Assembly: GCA_963422205.2 (NCBI GenBank)
Contig: CAXMWX010000004.1
Span: 1 to 37,612 of the forward strand
Length of the DNA: 37,612 bases
Source: Gammaproteobacteria bacterium
GTDB lineage: Bacteria; Pseudomonadota; Gammaproteobacteria; Eutrophobiales; Eutrophobiaceae
Reading direction: 5' to 3'
Below the pieces are notes generated by a model. The model did no database searches. It was not told the origin of the DNA and saw nothing but the letters and a program-made list of their open reading frames with translations. The translations under genes and the position numbers were made by a program. Position 1 is the stretch's first letter. Every line of letters begins with the position of its first letter. Shown here in pieces: positions 12,390 to 21,732 of the stretch.

Positions 12390-13367
12390 ATGATTCATGT
12401 GCAGCGAGGACACCGTGAGGCTGATTTTGCTGACCTGTGCCGCAAACATCCGGTGATGATACTCAGTGCAGGGAAAGGCGGCACCAGCGCTTTGTATGGG
12501 GCGCTGCTTGCCCAGTACGCCGGGTTGACCATCCGATTGGAAAATCTGCCGCCAGCGGACTATGAAAATTTCAGGCACACCCACTTTGGCTGGCATTATG
12601 TGCGTGATTACTGTGATTATCTGCTGATGCGTTATGTCCACAGCCCTCCCCCCGCAGGCATGGATGCGGATAACAGTCGGCTGAAGATCATCATGCCCAT
12701 CAGAGAGCCGATTGGTTATCATGTGGCGAGTTTTTATGAGGCAGGATTGCAGTCTATGCTTGGCATACGAAAACGCACTGGTTTGAGGAGTGTCCTGCGT
12801 TCCTGGCTGCCGTCAGCGCTGAAATTGTATATCAAACACCTCCTCGCCAAATTGTCCAGAGACTCACGTCTAAAGCAGCGGCTGACTCCCATGATCGGCA
12901 CCTGGGCGTATCAAGACACGCATATTGAGCAGATCCAGAACCTTGACCCGCCACAACTGCGGCAGATGTTTCTTCAACGTTACGATGCACAATTCTTCGC
13001 TATAGACTGGTTCGATAACTGTGTAAAAAAATACCTGTCCCTGGATGTCTACGAGCAACCCTTCCCCGATGAGAAAGTGGCGTACTATTCGATCAGCCAA
13101 GCCGATATGATGATCATGGAATCCAGCCTGCCCAATGCAACCAAGGCGCAGCGGGTGCAGGATTTTCTCGGTCTGGATGCCTTCGAGATGGGCTATCGAA
13201 AAGTCACCGCCGAGAAGACGAGGGCAATCGCCGATTCTTACGCATTGTTCAAAAACGAGGTCAAGCTGCCCGGGTGGTATCTGGACAAGATGCTGGGATC
13301 GAAGTTCTTCCGCCATTTCTACACCAAAGAGGATGAGGAGCGGCTGCGGCAACAGTGGTCAGAATAG
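12390..13367 (+). CDS. Sulfotransferase-fold / putative capsular polysaccharide synthesis family protein (start uncertain)
   Basis: SAGKGGTSAL resembles a 5'-PSB loop and IREPIGYHVAS a 3'-PB motif; C-terminal SKFFRHFYT; the extension to 12129 looks non-coding. Confidence 0.5.
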   Translation: MIHVQRGHREADFADLCRKHPVMILSAGKGGTSALYGALLAQYAGLTIRLENLPPADYENFRHTHFGWHYVRDYCDYLLMRYVHSPPPAGMDADNSRLKIIMPIREPIGYHVASFYEAGLQSMLGIRKRTGLRSVLRSWLPSALKLYIKHLLAKLSRDSRLKQRLTPMIGTWAYQDTHIEQIQNLDPPQLRQMFLQRYDAQFFAIDWFDNCVKKYLSLDVYEQPFPDEKVAYYSISQADMMIMESSLPNATKAQRVQDFLGLDAFEMGYRKVTAEKTRAIADSYALFKNEVKLPGWYLDKMLGSKFFRHFYTKEDEERLRQQWSE

Positions 13368-13371
13368 CACA

Positions 13372-14478
13372 ATGAAATACGCCCAATATCTGTTACTGCT
13401 GTTATGTATTGCCCCGGCGGCTCATGCCGGGCAGCCGTACCGTTCTGAGTTGGTGGATTTCCAAGTCGAGGAAGTCGCCGCTGGGCTGAACCGGCCCTGG
13501 GGCATGGTCTTCCTGCCGGATGGCACCATGCTCATCACCGAGTTGGGCGGTCGCCTGAAACACATCGCCCATGGCCGGCAGATCACGCTCAGGGGCGTGC
13601 CCGAATCCCATAACAGAGGCCAGGGCGGGCTGCTGAGCATTGCCCTGGATCCGGATTTTGCCCGCAATCAGCGCATATACCTGGCCTACACTGGCAAGGG
13701 GGAGGGCGGTTACAGCACCGAGGTGGTCCGTGCGGTATTAGCCGCTGATCAGTTGCGAGACGTACAGACTCTGTTCGTGGCGAAGCCGCGTTACCGCGGC
13801 GGGCGACACTTTGGCAGCCGCCTGCTGTTCGACAAAGCGGGCTATCTGTACATATCGCTGGGCGATCGTGGTCAGCGTGAGCAGGCACAGGCTGTGACCA
13901 ACCATGCGGGCACCTTGATCCGCCTGCATCCCGATGGCCGTATACCGGAGGATAATCCCTTTGTCGGTCAGGCGGGGGCTGAACCGGCGATCTTCACTTA
14001 CGGCAATCGCAATATGCAGGGCCTCGCCCTGCACCCGCAAACGGGCGCCATCTGGACGCATGAGCACGGCCCGCAGGGGGGCGATGAGTTGAACCTAATG
14101 CAGGCCGGCGGCAATTATGGCTGGCCGATCATCACCTATGGCGTGAATTACGGCTTCGGCACGAAGATAGGCGAGGGTACGCATAAGGCCGGCATGTTGC
14201 AGCCGAGGCATGTCTGGACGCCGTCTATCGCCCCTTCCGGGATGGCGTTCTACACCGGCGATCAACTGCCTGCCTGGCAGGGGAATGTGTTCGTTGGCTC
14301 GTTGAAGTTCGGCCAGGTAGCGCGTCTCGCCCTGGCGGGCGATCAGGTAACGGGCGAGGAGCGCCTGTTTGATGGTGAGTATGGTCGCATACGCGATATC
14401 GTCAACGGGCCGGATGGGCTGCTGTATTTCCTCACCGATGAGCGCGATGGCAGGCTCTACCGCATCGCCCCGCTATAA
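13372..14478 (+). CDS. PQQ-dependent aldose sugar dehydrogenase (YliI/GSDH family)
   Basis: Signal peptide MKYAQYLLLLLCIAPAAHA; GQGGLLSIALDPDF, HFGSRL, YGNRNMQG, EHGPQGGDELN, NYGWP, PSIAPSG, GRIRD. Confidence 0.92.
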   Translation: MKYAQYLLLLLCIAPAAHAGQPYRSELVDFQVEEVAAGLNRPWGMVFLPDGTMLITELGGRLKHIAHGRQITLRGVPESHNRGQGGLLSIALDPDFARNQRIYLAYTGKGEGGYSTEVVRAVLAADQLRDVQTLFVAKPRYRGGRHFGSRLLFDKAGYLYISLGDRGQREQAQAVTNHAGTLIRLHPDGRIPEDNPFVGQAGAEPAIFTYGNRNMQGLALHPQTGAIWTHEHGPQGGDELNLMQAGGNYGWPIITYGVNYGFGTKIGEGTHKAGMLQPRHVWTPSIAPSGMAFYTGDQLPAWQGNVFVGSLKFGQVARLALAGDQVTGEERLFDGEYGRIRDIVNGPDGLLYFLTDERDGRLYRIAPL

Positions 14479-14492
14479 TGGCTAAGGAGGAG

Positions 14493-15422
14493 CTAAGGCC
14501 TGGGCGGGTTGCTCTGTAGAAAATCGATCAGGAGGGCATTGAGCTCGGCGGGTCTCTCCAGCATGAGCCAGTGTCCGGCATCTTCAATACGCTCATAACG
14601 CCACGAACCGCTGACATTAATCACTGATTGCTGCATCTGTGGCTCCAGCAGAAACGGATCATCACTGCTCCAAATCCCCATCACGGGCAGATCGATCAGG
14701 GGGTAGATGGGGCCGGTGTTAAGCCCTCCCCAGCCACGGGTATTCGCACGATACCAGTTCAGCGCCGCTGTCAACGCCCCGGGACGTGACAGATCGCGTA
14801 AAAAGCGCGCCTGATCGCCGCCATGACGCAGCAATGCCTTAAAAAACTTCCAGTCATTGGCCATCAAGGTCTGCTCGGCAAGCCCGACCTTGTTAAAAAA
14901 ATCAAAATACCAGGAGGCCTCGCGCTGGCGAATATCATCCCAGCCGGGATTGCCGAATACGCCGACCGACATCACGGTCAAGGTATAAAAACGCTGTGGG
15001 TGATAGGCCGCCAGATACCAGGCGAGGCTAGCGCCAAAATCATGCCCGACCAAGTGCGCCTTGTCGATGGACAAGGCATCCATCAGGCCCAGCATGTCGG
15101 CCGCCAGCAGGCGGATTTTGTAATTCTCCACGCCTTCCGGGCGGCTGGCCTCGCCAAAGCCGCGTTGATCGGGGGCGATGACTTGAAAGCCAGCATCGGC
15201 CAAGGCCTGAAGCTGGTAACGCCAGACATGGCGAGAATCAGGAAAACCATGCAACAGCAGCACGGGCGTGCCTGCACCGTACAGGCGGGTGGGTAATGAG
15301 ATGTCATTGACCGACAGGACTCTGACCCCCCGGTCCATGTCAACCGCCTTGACCTCGGCGGCCATACTGGCAACGGGCAGAGCGCTCAACAGGCAGAGCA
15401 GGATGTTTATCGTTTGTTTCAT
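14493..15422 (-). CDS. Alpha/beta hydrolase, epoxide hydrolase-like, with predicted signal peptide
   Basis: LLHGFPD, APDQRGFG, nucleophile GHDFGA, ALNWYRAN, AGHW; ATG 15422 has a GAGG RBS. Confidence 0.88.
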   Translation of the reverse strand: MKQTINILLCLLSALPVASMAAEVKAVDMDRGVRVLSVNDISLPTRLYGAGTPVLLLHGFPDSRHVWRYQLQALADAGFQVIAPDQRGFGEASRPEGVENYKIRLLAADMLGLMDALSIDKAHLVGHDFGASLAWYLAAYHPQRFYTLTVMSVGVFGNPGWDDIRQREASWYFDFFNKVGLAEQTLMANDWKFFKALLRHGGDQARFLRDLSRPGALTAALNWYRANTRGWGGLNTGPIYPLIDLPVMGIWSSDDPFLLEPQMQQSVINVSGSWRYERIEDAGHWLMLERPAELNALLIDFLQSNPPRP

Positions 15423-15623
15423 GTCTACCTCACTGGAACAAGCGGCTGATCTTATCATGGGCGGCTTGCATGTGCATGTCATGAGTCTCCCACGCCTTAC
15501 ATGGTAGTTATCTGCCAGGAACTGACCGAGCGATGATGCCCTCTGATCGCCCTGATGCCTGGCCACATCATACAGCGCATAGTAAGCGAAACCTACGCAT
15601 TAGGCCAGCAGTCCTGGGAGAAA

Positions 15624-15652
15624 AGCCCAGGTAGATAGCCCAGGTAGATAGC
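15624..15652 (+). repeat. Perfect 13-bp tandem duplication (AGCCCAGGTAGAT)x2 upstream of npdG
   Basis: Read directly; just upstream of an extended -10-like TGgTATACT at 15666-15674. Confidence 0.8.
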
Positions 15653-15700
15653 ATGGGCAGACTGTTGGTATACTTCCAACGGGTTTGAATGGAGAGGGGC

Positions 15701-16354
15701 ATGGACAAAAAAACTATTACGGTGTTGGGCGGGACGGGTAGCCTGGGGGGTGCGCTGGCCTGGCGCTGGGCGCATGCCGGTCATGCGGTGATCATCGGCT
15801 CGCGCGATGCAGAGAAAGCACATCATGCCGCCATCGAGATGCAGGCGAGAGTAGGGCATCAGGCTGTCACCGGCATGGCCTATGGCAAGGCGGTTGAGGC
15901 GGCCGAGGTGGTGGTGATTGCTGTTCCCTTTGCCGCCCAGAATGCCACGCTGGCCAGCATCAAACCGCACTTGCGAGGGCAGATACTGATCGATACCACG
16001 GTACCCCTGCAAGTGTCGAACGTGGCTGTCGTGCGCCTGCCAGAGGCGGGCAGTGCGGCATTGATCACGCAGGCCGCCGTGGGGGATGTTGCCGAGGTGG
16101 CGGCGGCTTTTCATAATGTTGCCGCTGATCTGCTTGCCCAGGACCGGCCGATCCATTGCGATATCCTGGTGACGGCTGATGACAAGGCCGTGCGCCAGGC
16201 CGTGATGCAGTTGGCCGAAGATGCCGGCTGCAAGGCCATTGATGCCGGGAAGCTGGCCAACTCGGCGGCGACAGAGGCCATGACCAGCCTGTTAATTCAT
16301 ATCAACAAACGTTATAAAACGCAACATGCGGGGCTGACGGTCACCGGCTTGTGA
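15701..16354 (+). CDS. npdG: NADPH-dependent F420 reductase (F420H2:NADP+ oxidoreductase)
   Basis: GGTGSLG Rossmann motif, IIGSRD, IDTTVPL, GSAA, AAFHNVAA, IDAGKLANS, LIHINKRYK; adjacent to cofC. Confidence 0.92.
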   Translation: MDKKTITVLGGTGSLGGALAWRWAHAGHAVIIGSRDAEKAHHAAIEMQARVGHQAVTGMAYGKAVEAAEVVVIAVPFAAQNATLASIKPHLRGQILIDTTVPLQVSNVAVVRLPEAGSAALITQAAVGDVAEVAAAFHNVAADLLAQDRPIHCDILVTADDKAVRQAVMQLAEDAGCKAIDAGKLANSAATEAMTSLLIHINKRYKTQHAGLTVTGL

Positions 16355-16361
16355 TAACTGC

Positions 16362-16988
16362 ATGTGGGTTATTTTACCGGTTAAAAAATTAACGACAGCG
16401 AAAAACAGGCTGGCCGACAGGCTGAATGAGCAGCAGCGCATTGAACTTAGCCGCCTGATGTGTGCCGATGTGCTTGCCACGCTGGAGGCATGTGAGTTGA
16501 TCAGCGGCATCAGCATGATCAGCAGCGATCAGACCATCATGCCGTTGGCCGCCCATGAAAAAACACAAGGTATGATCACCGAAGCAGATAAGGGCTATGG
16601 TGAGGATGTCATGGCGGCTATCGGGCGGCTGGATGCCGGGCCGTGTGGCGAGGTGTTGATTATCCCGGCGGATGTGCCGCAACTCAGCCAGGCTGATCTG
16701 CACCAGCTGCATGCCGCCCACCGGGGGGGTATCACCTTATGCCCGGCCAGCGAGGATGGTGGCACGAATGCACTTCTGTATACCGCCCCCCTGCCCGTGC
16801 CGTTGCTGTTTGGGCCGGACAGCTTTAACAGCTACTGCAAAGCGGCAGCAGAGGGCAATATCACGCTGGTCATCACAACACCACCGGGCCTGGTACGTGA
16901 TATCGACAGGTATGCTGATCTGTGCTGGCTGAGTCAACAGGCAACTGACAGGCGCTCGGTGGCATATAGCCGTGTCCTTGTGCAGTGA
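16362..16988 (+). CDS. cofC: 2-phospho-L-lactate/PEP guanylyltransferase (F420 biosynthesis)
   Basis: ILPVKKLTTAKNRLA, IIPADVP, DGGTNAL, FGPDSF, RDID. Confidence 0.9.
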   Translation: MWVILPVKKLTTAKNRLADRLNEQQRIELSRLMCADVLATLEACELISGISMISSDQTIMPLAAHEKTQGMITEADKGYGEDVMAAIGRLDAGPCGEVLIIPADVPQLSQADLHQLHAAHRGGITLCPASEDGGTNALLYTAPLPVPLLFGPDSFNSYCKAAAEGNITLVITTPPGLVRDIDRYADLCWLSQQATDRRSVAYSRVLVQ

Positions 16989-17071
16989 GATTTATACAGT
17001 GACATTTTATGCACATGATAAAAACATAAAATTGCACCGCCTGATCAATACTAAAAAGTAACAACCCACTG

Positions 17072-19156
17072 ATGCAACCAGACCTTATCCAGACCATACT
17101 CAAGGACAGCAATTATCGGCTGACGCTATTTGCTGATGATGAAATTGATGATTTACGAAAAAAAATTTTCACCAGGCCAACCCGAGGCAAAGAAACCCCT
17201 CACATCCAGTGCATTGTCAGAGACAAAGACATTCAGCTCAAGCCGGAAGAGGTAGTCCGTCAACTCTATGCGGCCAGGTTGATCCAGCAATACGGCTATC
17301 CGAAGAACAGGCTGACCTTTGAATATCCGGTCACATTTGGCCGGGAGAAAAAGAAAGCCGATGTGGTCATCTTTGATAAAGACCGGCCCGATACGCCGTA
17401 CATGATCATTGAGACCAAAAAGCCCAAACTCCAGGACGGCAAAGCACAACTGCGCTCTTACTGCAACGCCACCGGTGCGCCTGTCGGGGTATGGACGAAC
17501 GGTGGGCAAATCTCCCGCTATCACCGCAAAGACCCGAATTATTTTGAAGACATCACCGACATCCCCACAGCGACACAAAGTCTGCAAGACATTCTCAGCG
17601 AGCGCTTTACCCTGAAAGATCTCATCATCAAGGATAAAATTGCCAATGAGCGCAAATCCTTAAAAGACCTCATCCTGGAAATGGAAGATGAGGTGCTGGC
17701 CAATGCCGGCGTGGATGTGTTTGAGGAAGTCTTCAAACTGATATTCACCAAGCTCTATGATGAATTTCAAAGTCAGCAAGATAAGGGCGTGATTAATCAC
17801 TATCTACAGCAGCTTATGAATACGGTTGTGCAGGAACCGAACCCGCCGGGTTACCTTGATGGACAGGATTATGACGCGCTGAAAAAAGCAGTCAGTGGTA
17901 TCGCCGATGATGGCTTTCGGGTCATGGAATTCAGAAACACCGGGCAGACCGATAGCGAATTAAAAAGCAAGATACAGCAACTGTTCAATCAGGCAAAAGA
18001 ACACTGGCAGGGCGTGTTTGCTGAAGGTTCAGCATTTGAATTGTCCGACAGCCACCTGGCCGTCTGTGTTTCCAGCTTGCAGGATGTGAAGCTGTTTAAT
18101 TCCAACTTGCTGGTTGTCGATGAGGCGTTTGAGTATCTGGTCAGCAAATCCGCCAAAGGCGAGAAAGGGCAATACTTCACGCCGCGCCATGTGATTGATA
18201 TGTGCGTACAGATGCTCAACCCCCAGCCGGGCGAATACATGATCGATACGGCTTCGGGCAGTTGTGGTTTTCCCGTGCATACTATTTTTAAACTCACCGG
18301 CCACCTGTTCACCAACGCCGAGATTTCTGAACAAGACAAGGACGATGTGTCGAAGGTTTTCGGTATTGATTTTGATGAGAAAACCGTGCGCGTTGCCCGA
18401 ACGCTTAACCTGATTGCCGGAGATGGCGAAACCAATGTTTTGCATCTGAATACGCTGGATTTTGCGCGTTGGTCGGATAAGACCGAGAAAGATCCCAAAT
18501 GGATCAACACCTACGGCAACGGCTTTCGCCGGCTGAAAAAACTCAGAAAGCAGGCAGGGCAAAACAAGCAATTTCACTTCGATATTCTCATGGCCAACCC
18601 GCCCTTTGCCGGCGACATCAAGGAAAGCCGCCTGTTGCATCACTATGATTTGGCGCTCAACAAAAATGGCAAGGCGCAAAACAAAGTCGGCCGCGATATT
18701 CTGTTTATCGAGCGCAACCTGGATTTTTTGAAACCCGGCGGACGCATGGCGATTGTCTTGCCGCAAGGGCGATTTAATAACACCACCGATAAATACATCC
18801 GCGATTTTATTGCCGAACATGCCCGCATCCTGGCCGTGGTCGGCCTGCATGGCAACACCTTCAAGCCCCACACCGGCACCAAGACCAGCGTGTTGTTTGT
18901 GCAGAAATGGCATGACGAACACTGCCCCAGGGTGGACGACTACCCCATCTTTTTTGCCGTATCGGAGCAAGGCGGCAAGGATAATTCCGGCGACTATGTC
19001 TATGCCAAAAACGGCAACGGGGAATACACGCTGGATAAAAACGGGCATTTAATTGTTGATCACGATCTGCACAACCACGCCGGTGAACTGCCGGACGGCA
19101 TCGCCGAAGCATTTATTGAATGGGCGCAACATGAGCGCTTGAGCTTCTGGAAGTAA
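17072..19156 (+). CDS. Fused PD-(D/E)xK nuclease (HSDR_N-like) plus N6-adenine methyltransferase of a Type I-like/IIB-like R-M system
   Basis: N-terminal PEEVVRQL, ADVVIF, IIETKK; GQYFTPR, DTASGSCGF, ANPPF, GRMAIVLPQG. Confidence 0.88.
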   Translation: MQPDLIQTILKDSNYRLTLFADDEIDDLRKKIFTRPTRGKETPHIQCIVRDKDIQLKPEEVVRQLYAARLIQQYGYPKNRLTFEYPVTFGREKKKADVVIFDKDRPDTPYMIIETKKPKLQDGKAQLRSYCNATGAPVGVWTNGGQISRYHRKDPNYFEDITDIPTATQSLQDILSERFTLKDLIIKDKIANERKSLKDLILEMEDEVLANAGVDVFEEVFKLIFTKLYDEFQSQQDKGVINHYLQQLMNTVVQEPNPPGYLDGQDYDALKKAVSGIADDGFRVMEFRNTGQTDSELKSKIQQLFNQAKEHWQGVFAEGSAFELSDSHLAVCVSSLQDVKLFNSNLLVVDEAFEYLVSKSAKGEKGQYFTPRHVIDMCVQMLNPQPGEYMIDTASGSCGFPVHTIFKLTGHLFTNAEISEQDKDDVSKVFGIDFDEKTVRVARTLNLIAGDGETNVLHLNTLDFARWSDKTEKDPKWINTYGNGFRRLKKLRKQAGQNKQFHFDILMANPPFAGDIKESRLLHHYDLALNKNGKAQNKVGRDILFIERNLDFLKPGGRMAIVLPQGRFNNTTDKYIRDFIAEHARILAVVGLHGNTFKPHTGTKTSVLFVQKWHDEHCPRVDDYPIFFAVSEQGGKDNSGDYVYAKNGNGEYTLDKNGHLIVDHDLHNHAGELPDGIAEAFIEWAQHERLSFWK

Positions 19157-19160
19157 CGGC

Positions 19161-20174
19161 ATGGAACAGCAGAATATCATCATCTACAAAACCGCAGACG
19201 GCCAGGCATCGGTTGCGCTTTACGCTGAGGATCATAACGTCTGGCTCACCCAAAAACAGCTTGCCGAACTTTTTGCCACCTCCCGCCCCAACATCACCAC
19301 ACACATAGCTAACATACTGAAAGAAAAAGAATTATCAGAAAATTCAGTATGTAAAGATTTCTTACATACTGCCCCTGACGGCAAAGCGTATCAGGTGAGG
19401 CATTACTCGCTCCCCATGATCCTGGCCGTGGGCTTTCGGGTCGGCGGCGCACGTGGCACACAGTTTCGGCAATGGGCAAACCGTCATCTGCACAGCTACA
19501 TGGTCAAGGGCTTTATTCTGGATGATGAACGCCTGAAAAACCCCGATGGCCACCCCGATTATTTTGATGAAGTGCTGGCGCGCATTCGCGATATTCGGGC
19601 CAGCGAAAAACGCTTTTATCAAAAGGTGCGCGATTTATTTGCCCTGTCCAGCGACTACGACACCAGCGATAAATCGACCCAGATGTTTTTTGCCGAGGTG
19701 CAAAACAAACTGATTTATGCCGTCACCGGACAAACCGCCGCCGAACTCATTGTGCAAAGAGCCCGTGCCGACAAGGCCAACATGGGGCTGACCACATGGC
19801 AAGGGGCAATCGTTCGCAAGCAGGATATTTATACGGCCAAAAATTATCTTGATGAAGATGAGCTTGATACCCTCAATCGTCTGGTGGTGATTTTTTTGGA
19901 AACGGCTGAACTACGCGCCAAAAACCGCATGGATACCACCATGGATTTCTGGCGTGAAAACGCCGACAGCATGATCGAAAGCAATGATTTTGGGCTGTTG
20001 CAAAATGCCGGTTCCATCCGCCGTGAACAAATGGAAAAAACCGCCCTGGCTGAATATGAAAAATTTGATCAAAAGCGAAAAGCCTGCGATGCCCGGCAAG
20101 CGGACAAGCAGGATGATGAAGAACTGAGGCAGCTTGAAGCAACGATTAAAAACCGCATGCCTGGCGAGAAATAA
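19161..20174 (+). CDS. RhuM-family virulence/DNA-binding protein
   Basis: WLTQKQLAELF, YSLPMILAVGFRV, GTQFRQWA, KGFILDDERLKNP, RIRDIRASEKRFYQKV, AKNYL. Confidence 0.9.
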   Translation: MEQQNIIIYKTADGQASVALYAEDHNVWLTQKQLAELFATSRPNITTHIANILKEKELSENSVCKDFLHTAPDGKAYQVRHYSLPMILAVGFRVGGARGTQFRQWANRHLHSYMVKGFILDDERLKNPDGHPDYFDEVLARIRDIRASEKRFYQKVRDLFALSSDYDTSDKSTQMFFAEVQNKLIYAVTGQTAAELIVQRARADKANMGLTTWQGAIVRKQDIYTAKNYLDEDELDTLNRLVVIFLETAELRAKNRMDTTMDFWRENADSMIESNDFGLLQNAGSIRREQMEKTALAEYEKFDQKRKACDARQADKQDDEELRQLEATIKNRMPGEK

Positions 20175-20224
20175 ATAATGTGCAATGTGAGTGAAAAATT
20201 GTTGCTTTGGGTGGAGAGGTAGGG

Positions 20225-21622
20225 ATGCAAGTTTCAACGATAATGTTTCAAAAATTGAATCATGAATTCAGAATTGACGCTGAATACTATAGGAGGGAAG
20301 TTTTAAATCGAATCAGTGCATTAGATCGTCATCACAAAGACAAACTTGAAAACTTAGCAGATTTTATTATTGGCCCCTTTGGTTCAACTGTAAAAGCTAA
20401 CCAATATGTAGGAAATTCAGAATATAGCTATGTAAGAAATAAAGATATAAATGATTTTGTGATAAATGATACTGAACCCACCTTAATACCAAGCAAAGTT
20501 TATCATTCGTTACCGAAATACCATATTAAAGAAAATGACTTGCTAATTACTGTTGTAGGTACTTTAGGAAAAGTGGCTATTGCGACTGAAAAAGATGTTA
20601 AATCAATATTCAGCTGTAAAAGCACAATCATTAGAGTTGAAAATATAAATCCATTTTATTTGCTTACATATCTGAATACCGATACGGGAAAACTCTTTTC
20701 TCTCAGAGGGAAAAGAGGGGCAATACAAGAGGGGTTGAACTTAACTGATTTAAAGGAAGTTCAGGTCTTCATTCCATCATTTGAGTTTCAATCGGAGATT
20801 GAAAGAATAATAAAGTGCTCGTTTTCAGTGACGGAACTTTCAGCAATCAAATACAAAGAAGCCCAAACCCTCCTCCTCGCCGAACTTGGCCTGACCGACT
20901 GGCGACCAAAACACCGGCTTTTCTTTATAAAAAACTACGCCCAAATCAAAACCGCAGAACGTATCGATGCCGAATACTTCCAGCCGAAATATGACGACAT
21001 TATCCATGCCATACAAAACTATTCCGGGGGATGGGATAGGCTAGGGAATTTAGTCACAATCAAAAAATGTATGGAAGTTGGTAGTAGTGAATATCAGGCG
21101 GAGGGTATTCCATTTGTTCGGGTGAGTAACCTAAGTCCTTTTGAGATAACTCAGGAAAAATATATTTCTGAAAAGCTATATCAACAGATAAAGCAACATC
21201 AGCCCCAAAAGGGAGAAATATTACTCAGCAAGGATGCAACACCAGGGACAGCCTATTATTTAAGCGAAGCACCGCAACCGATGATTCCATCAAGTGGCAT
21301 ACTCCGACTAAAAACAAAATCAAATTTCATCAAAGATGAATACCTGGCATTGGTTCTAAATTCGCCTTTAACCAAAGAACAAGTCAATCGTGATGTGGGT
21401 GGTTCTGTCATTCTGCATTGGAGACCTGAGCAGGTGCAAGCAACAATGATCCCTATTTTGCACGAAACAAAACAAACCCAAATCCAGCAAAAGATCAGGC
21501 AGTCTTTTCACTTACGCAAGCAATCAAACCACCTGCTGGAATGCGCCAAGCGGGCGGTGGAAATCGCCATTGAACAGGACGAGCAAACCGCCACCAACTG
21601 GCTGGAAAATGCAACCAATTAA
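20225..21622 (+). CDS. hsdS: R-M specificity subunit (HsdS-like, two target recognition domains)
   Basis: RIDAEY occurs twice; GPFGS, ENDLLITVVGTLGKVA, GEILLSKDATPG; two AT-rich TRDs separated by a GC-richer helical spacer. Confidence 0.88.
   Translation: MQVSTIMFQKLNHEFRIDAEYYRREVLNRISALDRHHKDKLENLADFIIGPFGSTVKANQYVGNSEYSYVRNKDINDFVINDTEPTLIPSKVYHSLPKYHIKENDLLITVVGTLGKVAIATEKDVKSIFSCKSTIIRVENINPFYLLTYLNTDTGKLFSLRGKRGAIQEGLNLTDLKEVQVFIPSFEFQSEIERIIKCSFSVTELSAIKYKEAQTLLLAELGLTDWRPKHRLFFIKNYAQIKTAERIDAEYFQPKYDDIIHAIQNYSGGWDRLGNLVTIKKCMEVGSSEYQAEGIPFVRVSNLSPFEITQEKYISEKLYQQIKQHQPQKGEILLSKDATPGTAYYLSEAPQPMIPSSGILRLKTKSNFIKDEYLALVLNSPLTKEQVNRDVGGSVILHWRPEQVQATMIPILHETKQTQIQQKIRQSFHLRKQSNHLLECAKRAVEIAIEQDEQTATNWLENATN
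21463..21609 (+). repeat. 147-bp direct repeat, copy 1 (hsdS conserved 3' end)
   Basis: Aligns without gaps to 22809-22955; 9 mismatches by eye, first 55 bp identical. Confidence 0.95.
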
Positions 21623-21628
21623 ATGCAA

Positions 21629-21715
21629 ATATAACAAGGCAATGCACTCGGACAAAATAAAGCTGCGTTCGTTCCTCACTATGCTTTATCTTGCCGTTGA
21701 GCTTGGTCGTTGTGT
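21629..21715 (+). mobile_element. Integron attC-like recombination site (somewhat degenerate)
   Basis: Starts ATATAAC-AAGGCAATGCACTCGGAC, ends GCCGTTGAGCTTGGTC-GTTGTGT; inner inverted repeat ATAAAGC...GCTTTAT; begins 7 bp after the hsdS stop and ends 18 bp before the next ATG. Confidence 0.7.
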
Positions 21716-21732
21716 ATCTAGGGAACTAATTA

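Noticed and set aside
13135-13371. Long N-terminal extensions in the ORF track for the PQQ dehydrogenase (also 12129, 15566, 26186, 27565)
   Set aside because: They overlap neighbouring genes or promoters; downstream ATGs with an RBS, signal peptide or stop/start coupling fit better
18029-19048. 339-aa antisense ORF, and similar ones at 4341-4653, 24648-25379, 34643-35473 and 35576-37555
   Set aside because: They lie opposite or within well-supported genes and carry no motifs; typical shadow ORFs of GC-rich codon usage
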